A stretch of 63,349 nt of DNA, the filler included, from Octopus bimaculoides (Eukaryota): assembly GCF_001194135.2 (NCBI RefSeq). It is 7 parts of 5 records of this genome, joined end to end, with 100 filler letters (N's around TTAATTAATTAA, not from the genome) between each part and the next. Parts side by side here need not be neighbours in the genome. Positions count along the whole stretch, not along the records: positions 2,083 to 15,947 come from NC_068988.1; positions 16,048 to 25,158 come from NC_068988.1; positions 25,259 to 40,616 come from NC_068981.1; 4 more parts are not named here. One strand, given 5' to 3'. A program made the translations under genes and the position numbers. This document shows positions 13,170 to 25,605 of this stretch, one piece after another. The notes beneath the pieces were generated by a model. That model was not told the origin of the DNA and did not search any database. It saw only the letters and a list, made by a program, of their open reading frames with translations. How positions within the stretch are numbered: the stretch's first letter is position 1; every line of letters starts with the position of its first letter.

Positions 13170-13915
13170 ACACTAACATATAAAATAAAAGCTAACACAC
13201 TTGCACACATACATACATATACACACGCATGTAGAATTAAAAATAAGACATTCTGGACAGAAAAATAATTTGATGGAAACTAATAAATAGCATAAATAAA
13301 TAATAAATAACATGATAAGTAATAAATGATATGATAAATAACAAATAAGCATGGAGATACCTCCAAAATGTATTAAAAGCATTAAACACGGTTTATACAC
13401 TCAAACGAAAGCATAGGATACCGAGCAATGTTCAATAACCTCGATGGTTCGAATCCTGGTGTAAACACAGTTTTGTGTCTGTCATAAAGAACGTTTAGGT
13501 TCAACGACCAACTTCACTTATCTGTAATCAAACAGTTGTTGGCGCTTTTTAGCCCTAATTTGGCCCAGAACAGGCAGCTTTGTCATTCAAATGCCTCTCA
13601 GCCATGAACAGTTATTGTGTGATTAACATTAAATCTTGTCCGGTTAACATGTCTTTAAAAAGACATGCGATTTGAGGAAGATTTGACTGCTATATCTAGC
13701 ATGTTCAAAGGTGGCTACATAGAGTTTCTTTCGAGAGGTGGTCTTTAAACAGTAAGCTGTTACGTTTTGTCAAATGTAGTAACATGAAATGCAGCAACTG
13801 ATCTTGTATCTTTGATCATCGCAATGTTTTTAACGAGAAACAATAGCTGTGCTGCACCATTGCTTTTTTAGCATTTATATATTCTTTTTATCCTTTACTT
13901 CTTTCAGTTATTTAA

Positions 13916-14290
13916 GTGGAGGCACAATGGTTAGGGCAGCGGAGTCGCGGTCATAGGATCGAGGTTTCGATTCCCAGACTGGCCGTTGTGAGTGTTTATT
14001 GAGTGAAAACACCTAAAAAGCTCCACGAGGCTCCGGCAGGGGATGGTGGCGAACCCTGCTGTACTCTTTCACCACAACTTCCTTTCACTCTTACTTTCTG
14101 TTTCTGTTGTGCCTGTAATTCAAAGGGTCAGCCTTGTCACACTGTGTCACGCTGAATATCCCCGAGAACTACGTTAAGGGTACCCGTGTCTGTGGAGTGC
14201 TCAGCCACTTGCACGTTAATTTCACGAGCAGGCTGTTCCGTTGATCGGATCAACAGGAACCCTCGACGTCGTAAGCGACGGAGTGCCAAC
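13916..14290 (+). mobile_element. SINE family A, full length (least decayed copy)
   Basis: Complete head, middle region and 3' module ending GGAACCCTCGACGTCGTAAGCGACGGAGTGCC. Confidence 0.9.
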
Positions 14291-15906
14291 AGCTGTTGAG
14301 TAGGTGTGAGAAGTTGGATCTGATCGGTTTGGCCATAGAACAGTTAGAATATCTGGGCTTAATACGACCTGGTTAAATGCTACAAGAATAAGTCACTTCG
14401 TATTTCTTGTTTACTTAACAGTAAGTAATATACAGACGCTCGATTTCTTTTAGAATAGCAGTCAAATCCTAAATTCATACCCTGCCATCTTAAAAAAAAA
14501 AGGAGGGACATGTATGATAATTGCTGCTTGATATACCTAGAAATACAGGACGATCGTCAAAGCTGAATCACGTTTGATCATAAGTCTGTTCGATGATGGC
14601 CGGGCGGGAGTTAAATTAATTGGAGCGATTACTGATGCAGTTAATTCCGCGTAAAGCAGGAATGAGAACTGAACCTTATCGATATTTCTGATTCAGCTTT
14701 TAGCTTTCTGTCAGTTAGTTATTAATTACCTCAAGTAGCGTAATTAAGCGCTGTGTGTTGCATTAGTATTTTGGAAGTGATAACTGATTCAATGGCTTTC
14801 CGTACTGAAATCCCACGGGTAAGAGATGTCATTCATATCTGAAAATCATCATTCACTTACAGTTATCTCGGTAATTTAACGCTCAATGCTTTAGCTCGAG
14901 AGACAATGAGCAATCTTTTATGAGCTCATAGAAACTGCAACCAAATCACCCTCGAATCACTATCTATTCTTCTCTTGTGACAAGGAGGAATGGGGATTTT
15001 CGAGATATAGTTGTAGAAATACACGGTGTGACTCTAATAACTAATTATTTTAGGGGAGGCAATCATGTCTAGACGAAGTTAAGTTGAGGCAATTTCAAAG
15101 TTTGGAATTTATATCGAATAGTAAACCATTAGAAGTCTATATTGAATTGTTCTCCTGTTTAATAAAGCTTATGATATACTATGATATACGCATTTGTCAT
15201 GGTTGCCTAAAACGCAGTCCAGCTTCCACCAATCAAATAACAGCATACACATTCCACTGAGAAATTGGTAAAGAAACATACCTTTACAGTGCGACACATT
15301 GATTCAGCTGTCAACATACACGTGTCAATGGAATGATTCAGTCACTCGTTAATTCAGCGAGGAAATCATTCCGTTAGTTGAACAATTGGAGCGCTCATCA
15401 TCGAAAGCGACGGAGATCCGTTTACATTTCACATACTTCATCATATTACGATAGCTAAATAAATAAAGTTCGCCAGGAAATTTACAACAATGCTTCAGGT
15501 TCATAGAATTTTTTTTTATCATTTTTGTGCAGGAGAATTCTGGAATAAGTTGTTTTAGTTCTTGTTCCGAGTGTATTTTGATTTTTCTTCCCTTCATCGA
15601 TCATTGTTGGATGAAAGTTGCTGTTTAAGATATGTTTCAAAGCACAGCAGGTTTGAATTCGTTGATTCCACGTTCATTTCTTATCCTTAAGATAAGCAGC
15701 GTAATGAAGTTATTGTTAAAATGTGTAGTTTTATTTGGATTACTCAAAGGCATACTCACGGAGAAGTATACGCATGCGCACACGGGCGAGTGCACATTTT
15801 ACAATCGCACATTCATCCAGAGCACACAAACTTAAAGAGAGATAATGTGTCGACATTTTAGATACCCGTATGTACGCGGTCACCTACACATACACTCACT
15901 GACTTG

Positions 15907-15947
<41 letters not shown>

Positions 15948-16343
15948 NNNNNNNNNNNNNNNNNNNNNNNNNNNNNNNNNNNNNNNNNNNNTTAATTAAT
16001 TAANNNNNNNNNNNNNNNNNNNNNNNNNNNNNNNNNNNNNNNNNNNNTATATATATATATATATATATTTATATTTAAATAATAAGGGTGAATGAAAAAT
16101 TGAATATCAATTTGACTAATATCAATTTAAAACCAGTGGCCTAGGAAATTGAAAAATCTGAAGATTCAAAAAATTATATTACATATATATTAGAGGGATG
16201 ACCACTAAGTGGACATCCCTTTTGCTAGAAGAAGATCACTTACGGTCTGACCACTAAGAAAAGATTGTTCTCAAGAAAATTCACCAAACACCAGAACGTA
16301 GGCGAGCAAGACAAATGAAAATATACAAAATATAAAGAATTAT

Positions 16344-16413
16344 TCATAGACCGGGTTCGTAGTTAACTACTTACGTAATTATTTATGTAATTGTCTGCAA
16401 CTCTTCAGTATGA
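16344..16413 (-). ncRNA. Degenerate type I hammerhead-like motif
   Basis: The minus strand reads TCATA CTGAAGA GTTG..CTAC GAAC CCG GTC TATGA: 5-bp stem I, intact CUGANGA and GUC site, but GAAA changed to GAAC and one mismatch in stem II. Confidence 0.5.
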
Positions 16414-16785
16414 TCGTCCTTTTCAATATAATTTGTAGAATTATACACCAGATGTCCGCATGAGATTAAAGAAGTATAGAGTTCTATCAATTAACTTTGG
16501 GGTCATATTTGAAAAGTCTTCGTTTTGGCGCGTTAAATACCGGACAAAATTCTGCATTAAATAATGCTCTGTAGTGAATTCGGCCGGTTAGAGAAAATAG
16601 TTGTTTAAATTCAAATAATAAGGGTGAAAAAATTAATATTAATTTGATGCAATTCATAATAGCCCGCCTCTCACATGGATATACATATGGATAAACAATC
16701 TCCTATGTACTATGCTGAATACATGTGGTGTTCGTCTAGTATGCTGATTTCTTTGTTTATTTTTATGTGTCTTGACCATACTATA

Positions 16786-16832
16786 CTGAGGAGTAGAGGG
16801 AACATATTACTGTAATAACTACGAAATCGTGG
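16786..16832 (+). ncRNA. Degenerate hammerhead-like core
   Basis: CTGAGGA GTAG-22nt-CTAC GAAA TCGTG: core and stem II intact, cleavage site and stem I not recoverable. Confidence 0.4.
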
Positions 16833-16952
16833 ATTTTTAAGGAGCAAGCTTCGAGAGTTGCACTTCCTCGTGTTCGGTAAAAATGTATTTATTATGGTAG
16901 TTTGACCTTAGAGTCCTTCGTAGCGTGTGACATTCATGCATAGTAATGCCTT

Positions 16953-16992
<40 letters not shown>

Positions 16993-17887
16993 NNNNNNNN
17001 NNNNNNNNNNNNNNNNNNNNNNNNNNNNNNNNNNNNNNNNNNNNNNNNNNNNNNNNNNNNNNNNNNNNNNNNNNNNNNNNNNNNNNNNNNNNNNNNNNNN
17101 NNNNNNNNNNNNNNNNNNNNNNNNNNNNNNNNNNNNNNNNNNNNNNNNNNNNNNNNNNNNNNNNNNNNNNNNNNNNNNNNNNNNNNNNNNNNNNNNNNNN
17201 NNNNNNNNNNNNNNNNNNNNNNNNNNNNNNNNNNNNNNNNNNNNNNNNNNNNNNNNNNNNNNNNNNNNNNNNNNNNNNNNNNNNNNNNNNNNNNNNNNNN
17301 NNNNNNNNNNNNNNNNNNNNNNNNNNNNNNNNNNNNNNNNNNNNNNNNNNNNNNNNNNNNNNNNNNNNNNNNNNNNNNNNNNNNNNNNNNNNNNNNNNNN
17401 NNNNNNNNNNNNNNNNNNNNNNNNNNNNNNNNNNNNNNNNNNNNNNNNNNNNNNNNNNNNNNNNNNNNNNNNNNNNNNNNNNNNNNNNNNNNNNNNNNNN
17501 NNNNNNNNNNNNNNNNNNNNNNNNNNNNNNNNNNNNNNNNNNNNNNNNNNNNNNNNNNNNNNNNNNNNNNNNNNNNNNNNNNNNNNNNNNNNNNNNNNNN
17601 NNNNNNNNNNNNNNNNNNNNNNNNNNNNNNNNNNNNNNNNNNNNNNNNNNNNNNNNNNNNNNNNNNNNNNNNNNNNNNNNNNNNNNNNNNNNNNNNNNNN
17701 NNNNNNNNNNNNNNNNNNNNNNNNNNNNNNNNNNNNNNNNNNNNNNNNNNNNNNNNNNNNNNNNNNNNNNNNNNNNNNNNNNNNNNNNNNNNNNNNNNNN
17801 NNNNNNNNNNNNNNNNNNNNNNNNNNNNNNNNNNNNNNNNNNNNNNNNNNNNNNNNNNNNNNNNNNNNNNNNNNNNNNNNNNNNNNN

Positions 17888-17953
<66 letters not shown>

Positions 17954-19038
17954 GGGGATTCTTTATATGTTGTATATATATTTTGTGAGACTGTGTGAAT
18001 GTACGCGCGCATGTGTGTGTGTGTGTGTGTACTGAATGTTTTATAAAAATCAATATATCAATGTTATTTCATACATATATAATAATATTAGTTCAGAAGC
18101 CAGTAATTTGTGGAAAATATTATTCATGAATCAATCATGATTATTTTCTTTTCATCGGCATACCATTTTTACAGCTATATTCGTTAACGCTAATTATATA
18201 TTGCTATAGACACTGATGAATCAGACTTCGATCGGCAATATTTCCTCTTGAGTGGCACTGGTTTGGGGCGAAGTGTCAACATTTTTACGAGCTACTGCCT
18301 AAAATTAATAACTTAGGTTAGATAAATGAAATTAAGTGAATTGAAAATAAATGCGAATGTTTCAAATTTGGAATCCGATATTGATGAGTAATTAGAGATA
18401 AACAGTATTCTAATTAAAAAGATTATATTCTCTGCTAATTCGATTAATTAGAAAGTTGTGTTTATTCTGGCAGGTGAAAACGTTCAGAGAAACTATAGAG
18501 CAAAAACGAAACATACAAATAAATAAATAAACATTTTCTTATGCATTTTTTAAATGTATTAAGAATAATTTAAACTAATTCACTAGGTAGATGTATACAC
18601 GTTCAGAAGTCAGAGAACGGAAAATACAATTAAGAAGAGGAAAATGAACGAGATTACTAAAAAACAAAAATAATATAAAATTGAGAGAAAATGCTTAGTT
18701 GAAATAATGGCAGAAAATATGAAAAAAATATCGTAAGCGAAAAAATTAAAACTATGTGAAAGTAATGAATTGCAGAAAATGAAAGAGAAGGTGTTATCTT
18801 CTAACATCCTATTTAACATAATGACACCTCTGCTTGACGTCAATAACAAACGGTACAGCTGAAATTTTAGAAATATTACAATTAGCAAAATGTGGTTGGT
18901 GTAAGCATATACGAAAGCAAAGTAACTGAATATGCATAGCTTTAATATTCTCCACACAGAAGCTGAAATTAATATATTTATGGGTCGCAACAATCAATAG
19001 TGCCACGTTTCGAAGTCAGTTTCTCTACAATGTTTGTA

Positions 19039-19330
19039 CATGTGGTCTGATCAATAAGTATCCAGAGTGGTGCCATAATAAAGACGAAAAATCACGCAGA
19101 GTGAAGCCGCTTGGCAGAGATTGAACTTGACATCTATGCATGCGCACTAAATTTTAATGTACTAACTCACTTCCGCTGTTCATAGCAGTGCTTGGAAGGA
19201 AGGTGTGCAGCGTGTGATCGTCGCATTGAACATAACAGAGAAAGTTGAGCAGAAAATATACATCAAATTTTGTCAAAAACTTGGCAATATCTGCTCAGAG
19301 GTATATGCAAATTTTTCAAAAAGGTTTTCT
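19039..19330 (+). mobile_element. Mariner 5' end (putative TIR after TA, plus transposase N-terminus), decayed
   Basis: TA|CATGTGGTCTGATCAATAAGTATCC resembles a mariner TIR; downstream TEKVEQK..IKFCQKLGNICSEVYA matches the mariner N-terminal EQRxxIKFCxKLG. Confidence 0.75.
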
Positions 19331-19733
19331 CGTTCTCGGCACAATCAAATAGTAATTATGTAACTGAGATCCGAGTGTCTTTTTGGTCAGCTGAAAGCAA
19401 TTTTGACACACACATGTCTCATACCCAAATCTTCAGTGATAATGGACTGAACTGAATCGTAACTAATCAGCATATCGTCTGACACCTATCGGGTGGTGAT
19501 TTGACAATTTCCCCTCACAGCTGCACGCACATCTGCGATGGTTTTCTCATTCTTTCTGGTTGCGGGTCACCCAGACCGTTCGTCAATATCGACATATTTT
19601 CGGCCATCTTGGAAACGTATGAACCACTCGTACACTTGTGTGTGGCTCATACACTCCTATCCATATACTCTCTGCAACCTTGTGTAGGTTTCTGAGCAGG
19701 TATCACCGTGACAACTTTCTGCTCAACGTTCTC
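19310..19733 (-). mobile_element. Mariner transposase N-terminal region in inverted orientation, decayed
   Basis: GDTCSETYTRLQRVYG*ECMSHTQVYEWFIRFQDGRKYVDIDERSG*PAT..VQSIITEDLGMRHV..ENEKTFLK gives the classic mariner HTH motifs (WFxRF, ERSGRP, EDLGMR), with stops. Confidence 0.9.
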
Positions 19734-20201
19734 TAATTAGACATCGTATATCAATGATAATTATCTCGTCAAAACACCACTATATTTCATACCAAGAAAT
19801 TCTCCCTCGAATATTTCCTGATGATTTGAGTACTACTTTCTACTGACTATAATTTATATATACATATATANNNNNNNNNNNNNNNNNNNNNNNNNNNNNN
19901 NNNNNNNNNNNNNNNNNNNNNNNNNNNNNNNNNNNNNNNNNNNNNNNNNNNNNNNNNNNNNNNNNNNNNNNNNNNNNNNNNNNNNNNNNNNNNNNNNNNN
20001 NNNNNNNNNNNNNNNNNNNNNNNNNNNNNNNNNNNNNNNNNNNNNNNNNNNNNNNNNNNNNNNNNNNNNNNNNNNNNNNNNNNNNNNNNNNNNNNNNNNN
20101 NNNNNNNNNNNNNNNNNNNNNNNNNNNNNNNNNNNNNNNNNNNNNNNNNNNNNNNNNNNNNNNNNNNNNNNNNNNNNNNNNNNNNNNNNNNNNNNNNNNN
20201 N

Positions 20202-20239
<38 letters not shown>

Positions 20240-21304
20240 GGGAGTTTTATGCGTATGCGTGTACATATATGACTACATATATGTGCAGTTATAGCTATAG
20301 CTGCGAGAATCCAAACCATGCTTATCTACTACATGGTTGCTGGTTCTGTCCCACTGAACGGAGCCTTACAATTTGTATCTGTGCCCCTCAACGCCTGAAA
20401 GAGTTGGTTCGTTTAGCAGTTTGGCGGAACACTCAAAAGAAAACGTTTTTATAAAATAAGTTCTGAGGACGATATTCTCGTTTAAATCCTTGAAAACAGT
20501 TCGCAGCATTGTCGTTGTCGAGTGATTGAGATAAGTAAAAGATGAAATATAATACAACATAATATATCTTATCGTATAATACGTTATACAAGGTGTGCCG
20601 AAAAGCTTCTGGCTTTGGGTAAAATTATATACAGGAGAAGCAGTTAATATATGCATAAAAGTGGGTTCATATGCACAGACATGAAGCCGAATGAGTGTTC
20701 AATAAACTTCAATGTCGAATCATTACGGAAAACTTCATCTAACTGCATATACAAATATCATGTGAGACTCTGAAAAACAACATAAAATTAATATCGTGGG
20801 GAAGCAAGCTGTAAATTGAAACATTATGGGGATCAAAGCTTCTCGAATACTCCAGCACTGTCTGAACTTCAACACGAATTAAGTGACCAACTGAAAATAA
20901 CAAATTTAATAAATATTTCACACTTGTACTCATACCTATTTTCATCTAACAAGACCAGCTTATGTGGTCTTATATTTTATGCTAATATTGGGCATCGTAA
21001 TTAACATAAATAAAACGTGACACATAAGGCAGGAAAATAGATAAAAGACTCGTCAGGAAAAGGAAATAACTGTCGAAGAGAGCCATATTAAGTATATGAA
21101 TATATATTGAATGATACGCTGGTAAATATATATGCATCTATTTATGAAATTTTATACACCCACATATACGACCACACCTAGTCCCGCACCCACACCCACA
21201 AAATTCCGTATGACAGAGAACGCTCAAATCTATATACAAATTAAGGCAATTTCAATTAATTGCAAAATACTCCGATGGTAACTTTGAACATTTTGTTTTA
21301 ACTT

Positions 21305-21657
21305 TTCTTTGTTTCTGTCATTAGACTGCAGCCATACTGGGGCATTGCCTTGTAGAATTTTTAGCCGAATGAATCGATGCAGTATTTATTTTCTTTTTAA
21401 GCAGAGCATCGGACCCTTTTACTGAACGGCTAAGTTACGGGGACGCAAATATACCAACAGAACTTCTCAAGTGGTGGTAGGACATACACATACAAACACT
21501 CACACTTATATACGACGGGCTTCTTTCAGTTTCAACAAATAGGGCTTTGGTCAGCTCGAAGCTATATTAGAAATCACTTGCCAAGGTACCACACAGTGTG
21601 ACTGAACCCTAAAACGTGTAGTTGGGAAGCACACGTCTTACCACACGCCCACGCCTA
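21305..21657 (-). mobile_element. SINE family B, decayed near-full-length copy
   Basis: TGTTTCTGTCATTAGACTGCAGCCAT tail, CGACGGGCTTCTTTCAGTTTC, CACTTGCCAAGGTACC core and CTTACCACAC head. Confidence 0.8.
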
Positions 21658-23192
21658 TGTAACAACTGACGAAATGCAGCGTATATTTCTATTTCTATTG
21701 CAATTGACATTATTAAGCAAACGGAAAATATATTTTTCTAAGCTTCTTATTTAGAGATGACTTACAATGTTAGAATTGTGCTCAGACTTATGTACAAAAT
21801 AACTGATTTGAGTATTATTCTGGACTTCTTCGCTAAATTGTAATCTTAGGCTATTTTTATGTCCGAAATAAAGCACTGCCACCATAAAAAAATAGAAAAC
21901 AACACCTTTCATTCTCCATTTCTATAACATTTACACAAATATATCTATGAAAGAAGCGGTGAATGGATATCATTATTGTTTCTTTGTGAATATTAGAAAA
22001 TTATTCTAAATTCGGGAAAATCGTTTTGGGATTAAATGGTTCAGTCAAAACTCGGGTAAATGAAAAATATGAATAGGAAATGAAGCACACGTACGATAAA
22101 AGATCAAATGTCTACCATACCAATAAATATCAATAATTCAAACAGTGGACAACCTTTTTTATTTTGAATAATTTAAGCTTATCGTAGAAGAATGAAGCCA
22201 TCAAATGCAAAAGCCAAACTATTTTTTATATTTTACTGTTAATAAAAGATAGCTTGGACCAGATGTATGCTGTGCATAATTCTTTTATTATATAGTGTAA
22301 ACAACTTGACATTACTGAGCTTAGAGTAAGCTCATATGCCATCTACTCCTTACAGTTGTGAGTATCTCTAAAGGTTAGCTGCTAGAAAAAATATACTGCA
22401 GTAGTATTTGCATTTACGAATTGGTTCCAGATTTCCATATCGAAGGACATTCGTTACCTGCAACAATCCTGTCACGAAAGATGAAGGATTTAACCAAGCG
22501 TTGACAGAGAATAACTGTTCAACTCCAACAACTCATATAATAGATGTAACATAAGATGTAGCATGTCTATGAATGCTTGCTGTCATGATATCAGAGACAA
22601 ATAACATATTAATGTATATCACTATATCTTTTAGTGTTGTAAATATAAATCCGTAATTTTTTTCTACATTCCACGAAGAGGCACTAGTAAATAACATAAT
22701 ATAATGAAACTTTTAATTGTGGTAGTTATCAATCTCACTTCTCACCTTGTTAATGGTTTTCTTGTTTTTGTCTTTTTCTTCTCTTTGTGTCTATATTCAA
22801 TTTCCTGTCTACAGTTTGCTCTCGTTTCATCCCTCTCCTCATTTCTGTCTCTCCAATTCACTTTCCTTCTGCAAAGAGTAGACAAAATAAGATATTTGTT
22901 AGACAAAAGTAGTCTTTGAAGACACAAAATGCCCTCGTCCCTTCTCTCGTATTTACATCTTCCTCTTCTTGTAGTCTCATTCTCCATATGCCTTAATTCA
23001 ATTTTCTCTATGATTTTTCACTCTTGTCTTATGTTTGTCTTACTGTTATTTTTTCTCTCATTCTACACACACAGACGCACAAATATTCATCTTTGAGTTT
23101 GTGCGTGTATATGTATGTATGTATACATGTATATATATAAACATACACACATACACGCACACACGAACACACACACACACACACATATATAA

Positions 23193-23252
<60 letters not shown>

Positions 23253-23346
23253 CTGTGTGTGTGTGTGTGTGCGTGTGTGTATGAGTATATATTTCATTTC
23301 TGAATTTAATTTGCATGATTCTTTATATGAGTTCGTTTATTGAAGC

Positions 23347-23513
23347 ATATTCTCTTGTGTCTAGGGAATGTCATTCTCTTTTAGTGCCTTATAATTTAAC
23401 GCACTCACCGGTAAAATTTCCACTCATTTACGTATTTATTTATCTAAAATTTTCGTCGTTTCTTGGAAACTTTTCAGTAGTTGTTGACTCTGTCCGTTAT
23501 TCAAGCTCCGTTC
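23347..23513 (-). repeat. Left arm of a ~165-bp inverted repeat (probable PLE terminal repeat)
   Basis: Roughly 85% identical by eye to the reverse complement of 24950-25116 (e.g. CACTCACCGGTAAAATTTCCACTCATT exact). Confidence 0.85.
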
Positions 23514-23649
23514 TTTTTGTTTGCTTGTTTGTGCGCAAACACATGTATGTATGTATGTATGTATGTATGTATGTATGTATGTATGTATGTATGCATGCAT
23601 GCATGTATATATATGCATGCATGTAAGTGTGTGTACGCATGATATGTAT

Positions 23650-24083
23650 GTATGTATGCGTGCGCAAGTATATATGTATGTACGTCTGTATGTTTGTATG
23701 TATGTAATCTACATATTCATGTGTTTGTGTGCTCGTGTTTGCATGTGTGTGTGTGTTTGTCTGTTCATATTACGTATGTACCTATACGTTAGTATGTCTA
23801 TCTATTTACTTCCATATCCATTTGCCTACATACATGTACATATACATACACACACATACACANNNNNNNNNNATGTATGCGTGCGCAAGTATATATGTAT
23901 GTACGTCTGTATGTTTGTATGTATGTAATCTACATATTCATGTGTTTGTGTGCTCGTGTTTGCATGTGTGTGTGTGTTTGTCTGTTCATATTACGTATGT
24001 ACCTATACGTTAGTATGTCTATCTATTTACTTCCATATCCATTTGCCTACATACATGTACATATACATACACACACATACACA
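23650..24083. repeat. ~210-bp apparently identical direct duplication across a 10-N gap (likely assembly overlap)
   Basis: 23650-23862 is repeated at 23873-24083. Confidence 0.8.
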
Positions 24084-24185
24084 CGCCTACGTAACAGCAC
24101 AGTAACTACCTGTATATAAATATAAACTGTAGGTACGTGGGTATCATTACTTACTACGTAATGTCCTATTTAGTACTGGGGATGA

Positions 24186-24689
24186 TTAATTTATGAGGAC
24201 ATACTCCTGTATTTGTCTGAGTCTTGGAACATTCGGGTTCTTGGATAAAATGCGGATGTCAAGTTGACCCAGGTTGCCTCCATGTTGGTGCTTGGCATGT
24301 TGGTAGTGTATGGAGGACTGTTCTTTTTCATCATATTGTCTCAAATGCCCATTTAGTCTTTCCGTAATACTCCTAGATGTCTCCCCTAAGTATGTCATGT
24401 TCATGTCTTTACAAACACCTCCTGTGCACCTTGTGCTGCAGAGTACATTTTTAGTTCTACAGTTAATGCCAGGACTAATCCTACATACCATTCAATTATC
24501 ATTGGTGCAGATGGTATTCTCAAAGGGGTACATCGTACATAGTTGTGATCTGATGTAATTCCCTGCCTTTTCAACAATCTTAATGTTGAGTTTGGTCTCC
24601 TTCAGAGTTTTCCTAAATCTACGGGCTACTTCTCCATGGGAAGTGGCCTCTACAAAAATCACCACTTGATATTTGTCGGCTTTATATCA
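24186..24689 (-). mobile_element. Penelope-like element C-terminal linker and GIY-YIG endonuclease fragment, decayed
   Basis: Single frame: *YKADKYQVVIFVEATSHGEVARRFRKTLKETKLNIKIVEKAGNYIRSQL..PFENTICTNDN*MVC..CRTKNVLC..C..C..YLGETSRSITERLNGH..HAKHQH..RLRQIQE. The YxGETxR, ERxxxH and CCHH-like residues are typical of PLE GIY-YIG; the layout recalls Neptune-like PLEs (clade is an inference). Confidence 0.85.
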
Positions 24690-24949
24690 CGTGTTCACAC
24701 GTCCATACATATAGACACACTCAGATATGAACACACAAGGAGACAGAGGTATACACACCCACATCAAAACACACACACACATGAATATGCAGAATACATA
24801 ACGGAAACTTACACATACATACATATATACATACACACACATACATACATGCATACACACACTTACATGCATACATACATAAGCACACACATACTTGTGT
24901 ATGCGCACACACACTGACCCACACACAGGTGCACACAAACAAATATTAA

Positions 24950-25116
24950 GGACGCAGCTTGAATAACGGAGACAGTCAACAACTATTGAACAGTTTGCAA
25001 GGCGCAACGAACATTTTAGAAAAATAAATAAGTGAATGAGTGGAAATTTTACCGGTGAGTGTGTTAAAATGTAAGGCACTAAAAGAGGATGACTCTCCCA
25101 AGACACAACAGAATAT
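24950..25116 (+). repeat. Right arm of the inverted repeat
   Basis: Reverse complement of 23347-23513. Confidence 0.85.
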
Positions 25117-25561
25117 GTGTGTGTGTGTGTGTATGTGCTTGTGTGTGTGTGTGTATGTNNNNNNNNNNNNNNNNNNNNNNNNNNNNNNNNNNNNNNNNNN
25201 NNTTAATTAATTAANNNNNNNNNNNNNNNNNNNNNNNNNNNNNNNNNNNNNNNNNNNNTATATATGGGGGGGGTGTTTTCTAAGCATATATCTATATGCA
25301 TGTTAGTATTATAAATATCGTTTACACTATGTACTCAGCTTCTTTTCTCTTTCACTTTAATGTTTTTTTCTTGGGGGGGGGGGCATTTCGGAACACAACC
25401 ACCATAATTTTACACACATTGTTTCATAGACACATACACACATTATTGCATCCGCGTATCAATGTCTTTCTCTTCTGTGTACCTATTTATCTATCAATCT
25501 CTTTTCCTCAACTCACACAAGTACGCGTATGTTGGTATTCACTTACATGCACACACATATG

Positions 25562-25605
<44 letters not shown>

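Noticed and set aside
15349-15597. 82-aa minus ORF with GRKIKI..ELKQLI (mariner-linker-like)
   Set aside because: The similarity is too short and has no flanking transposase motifs.
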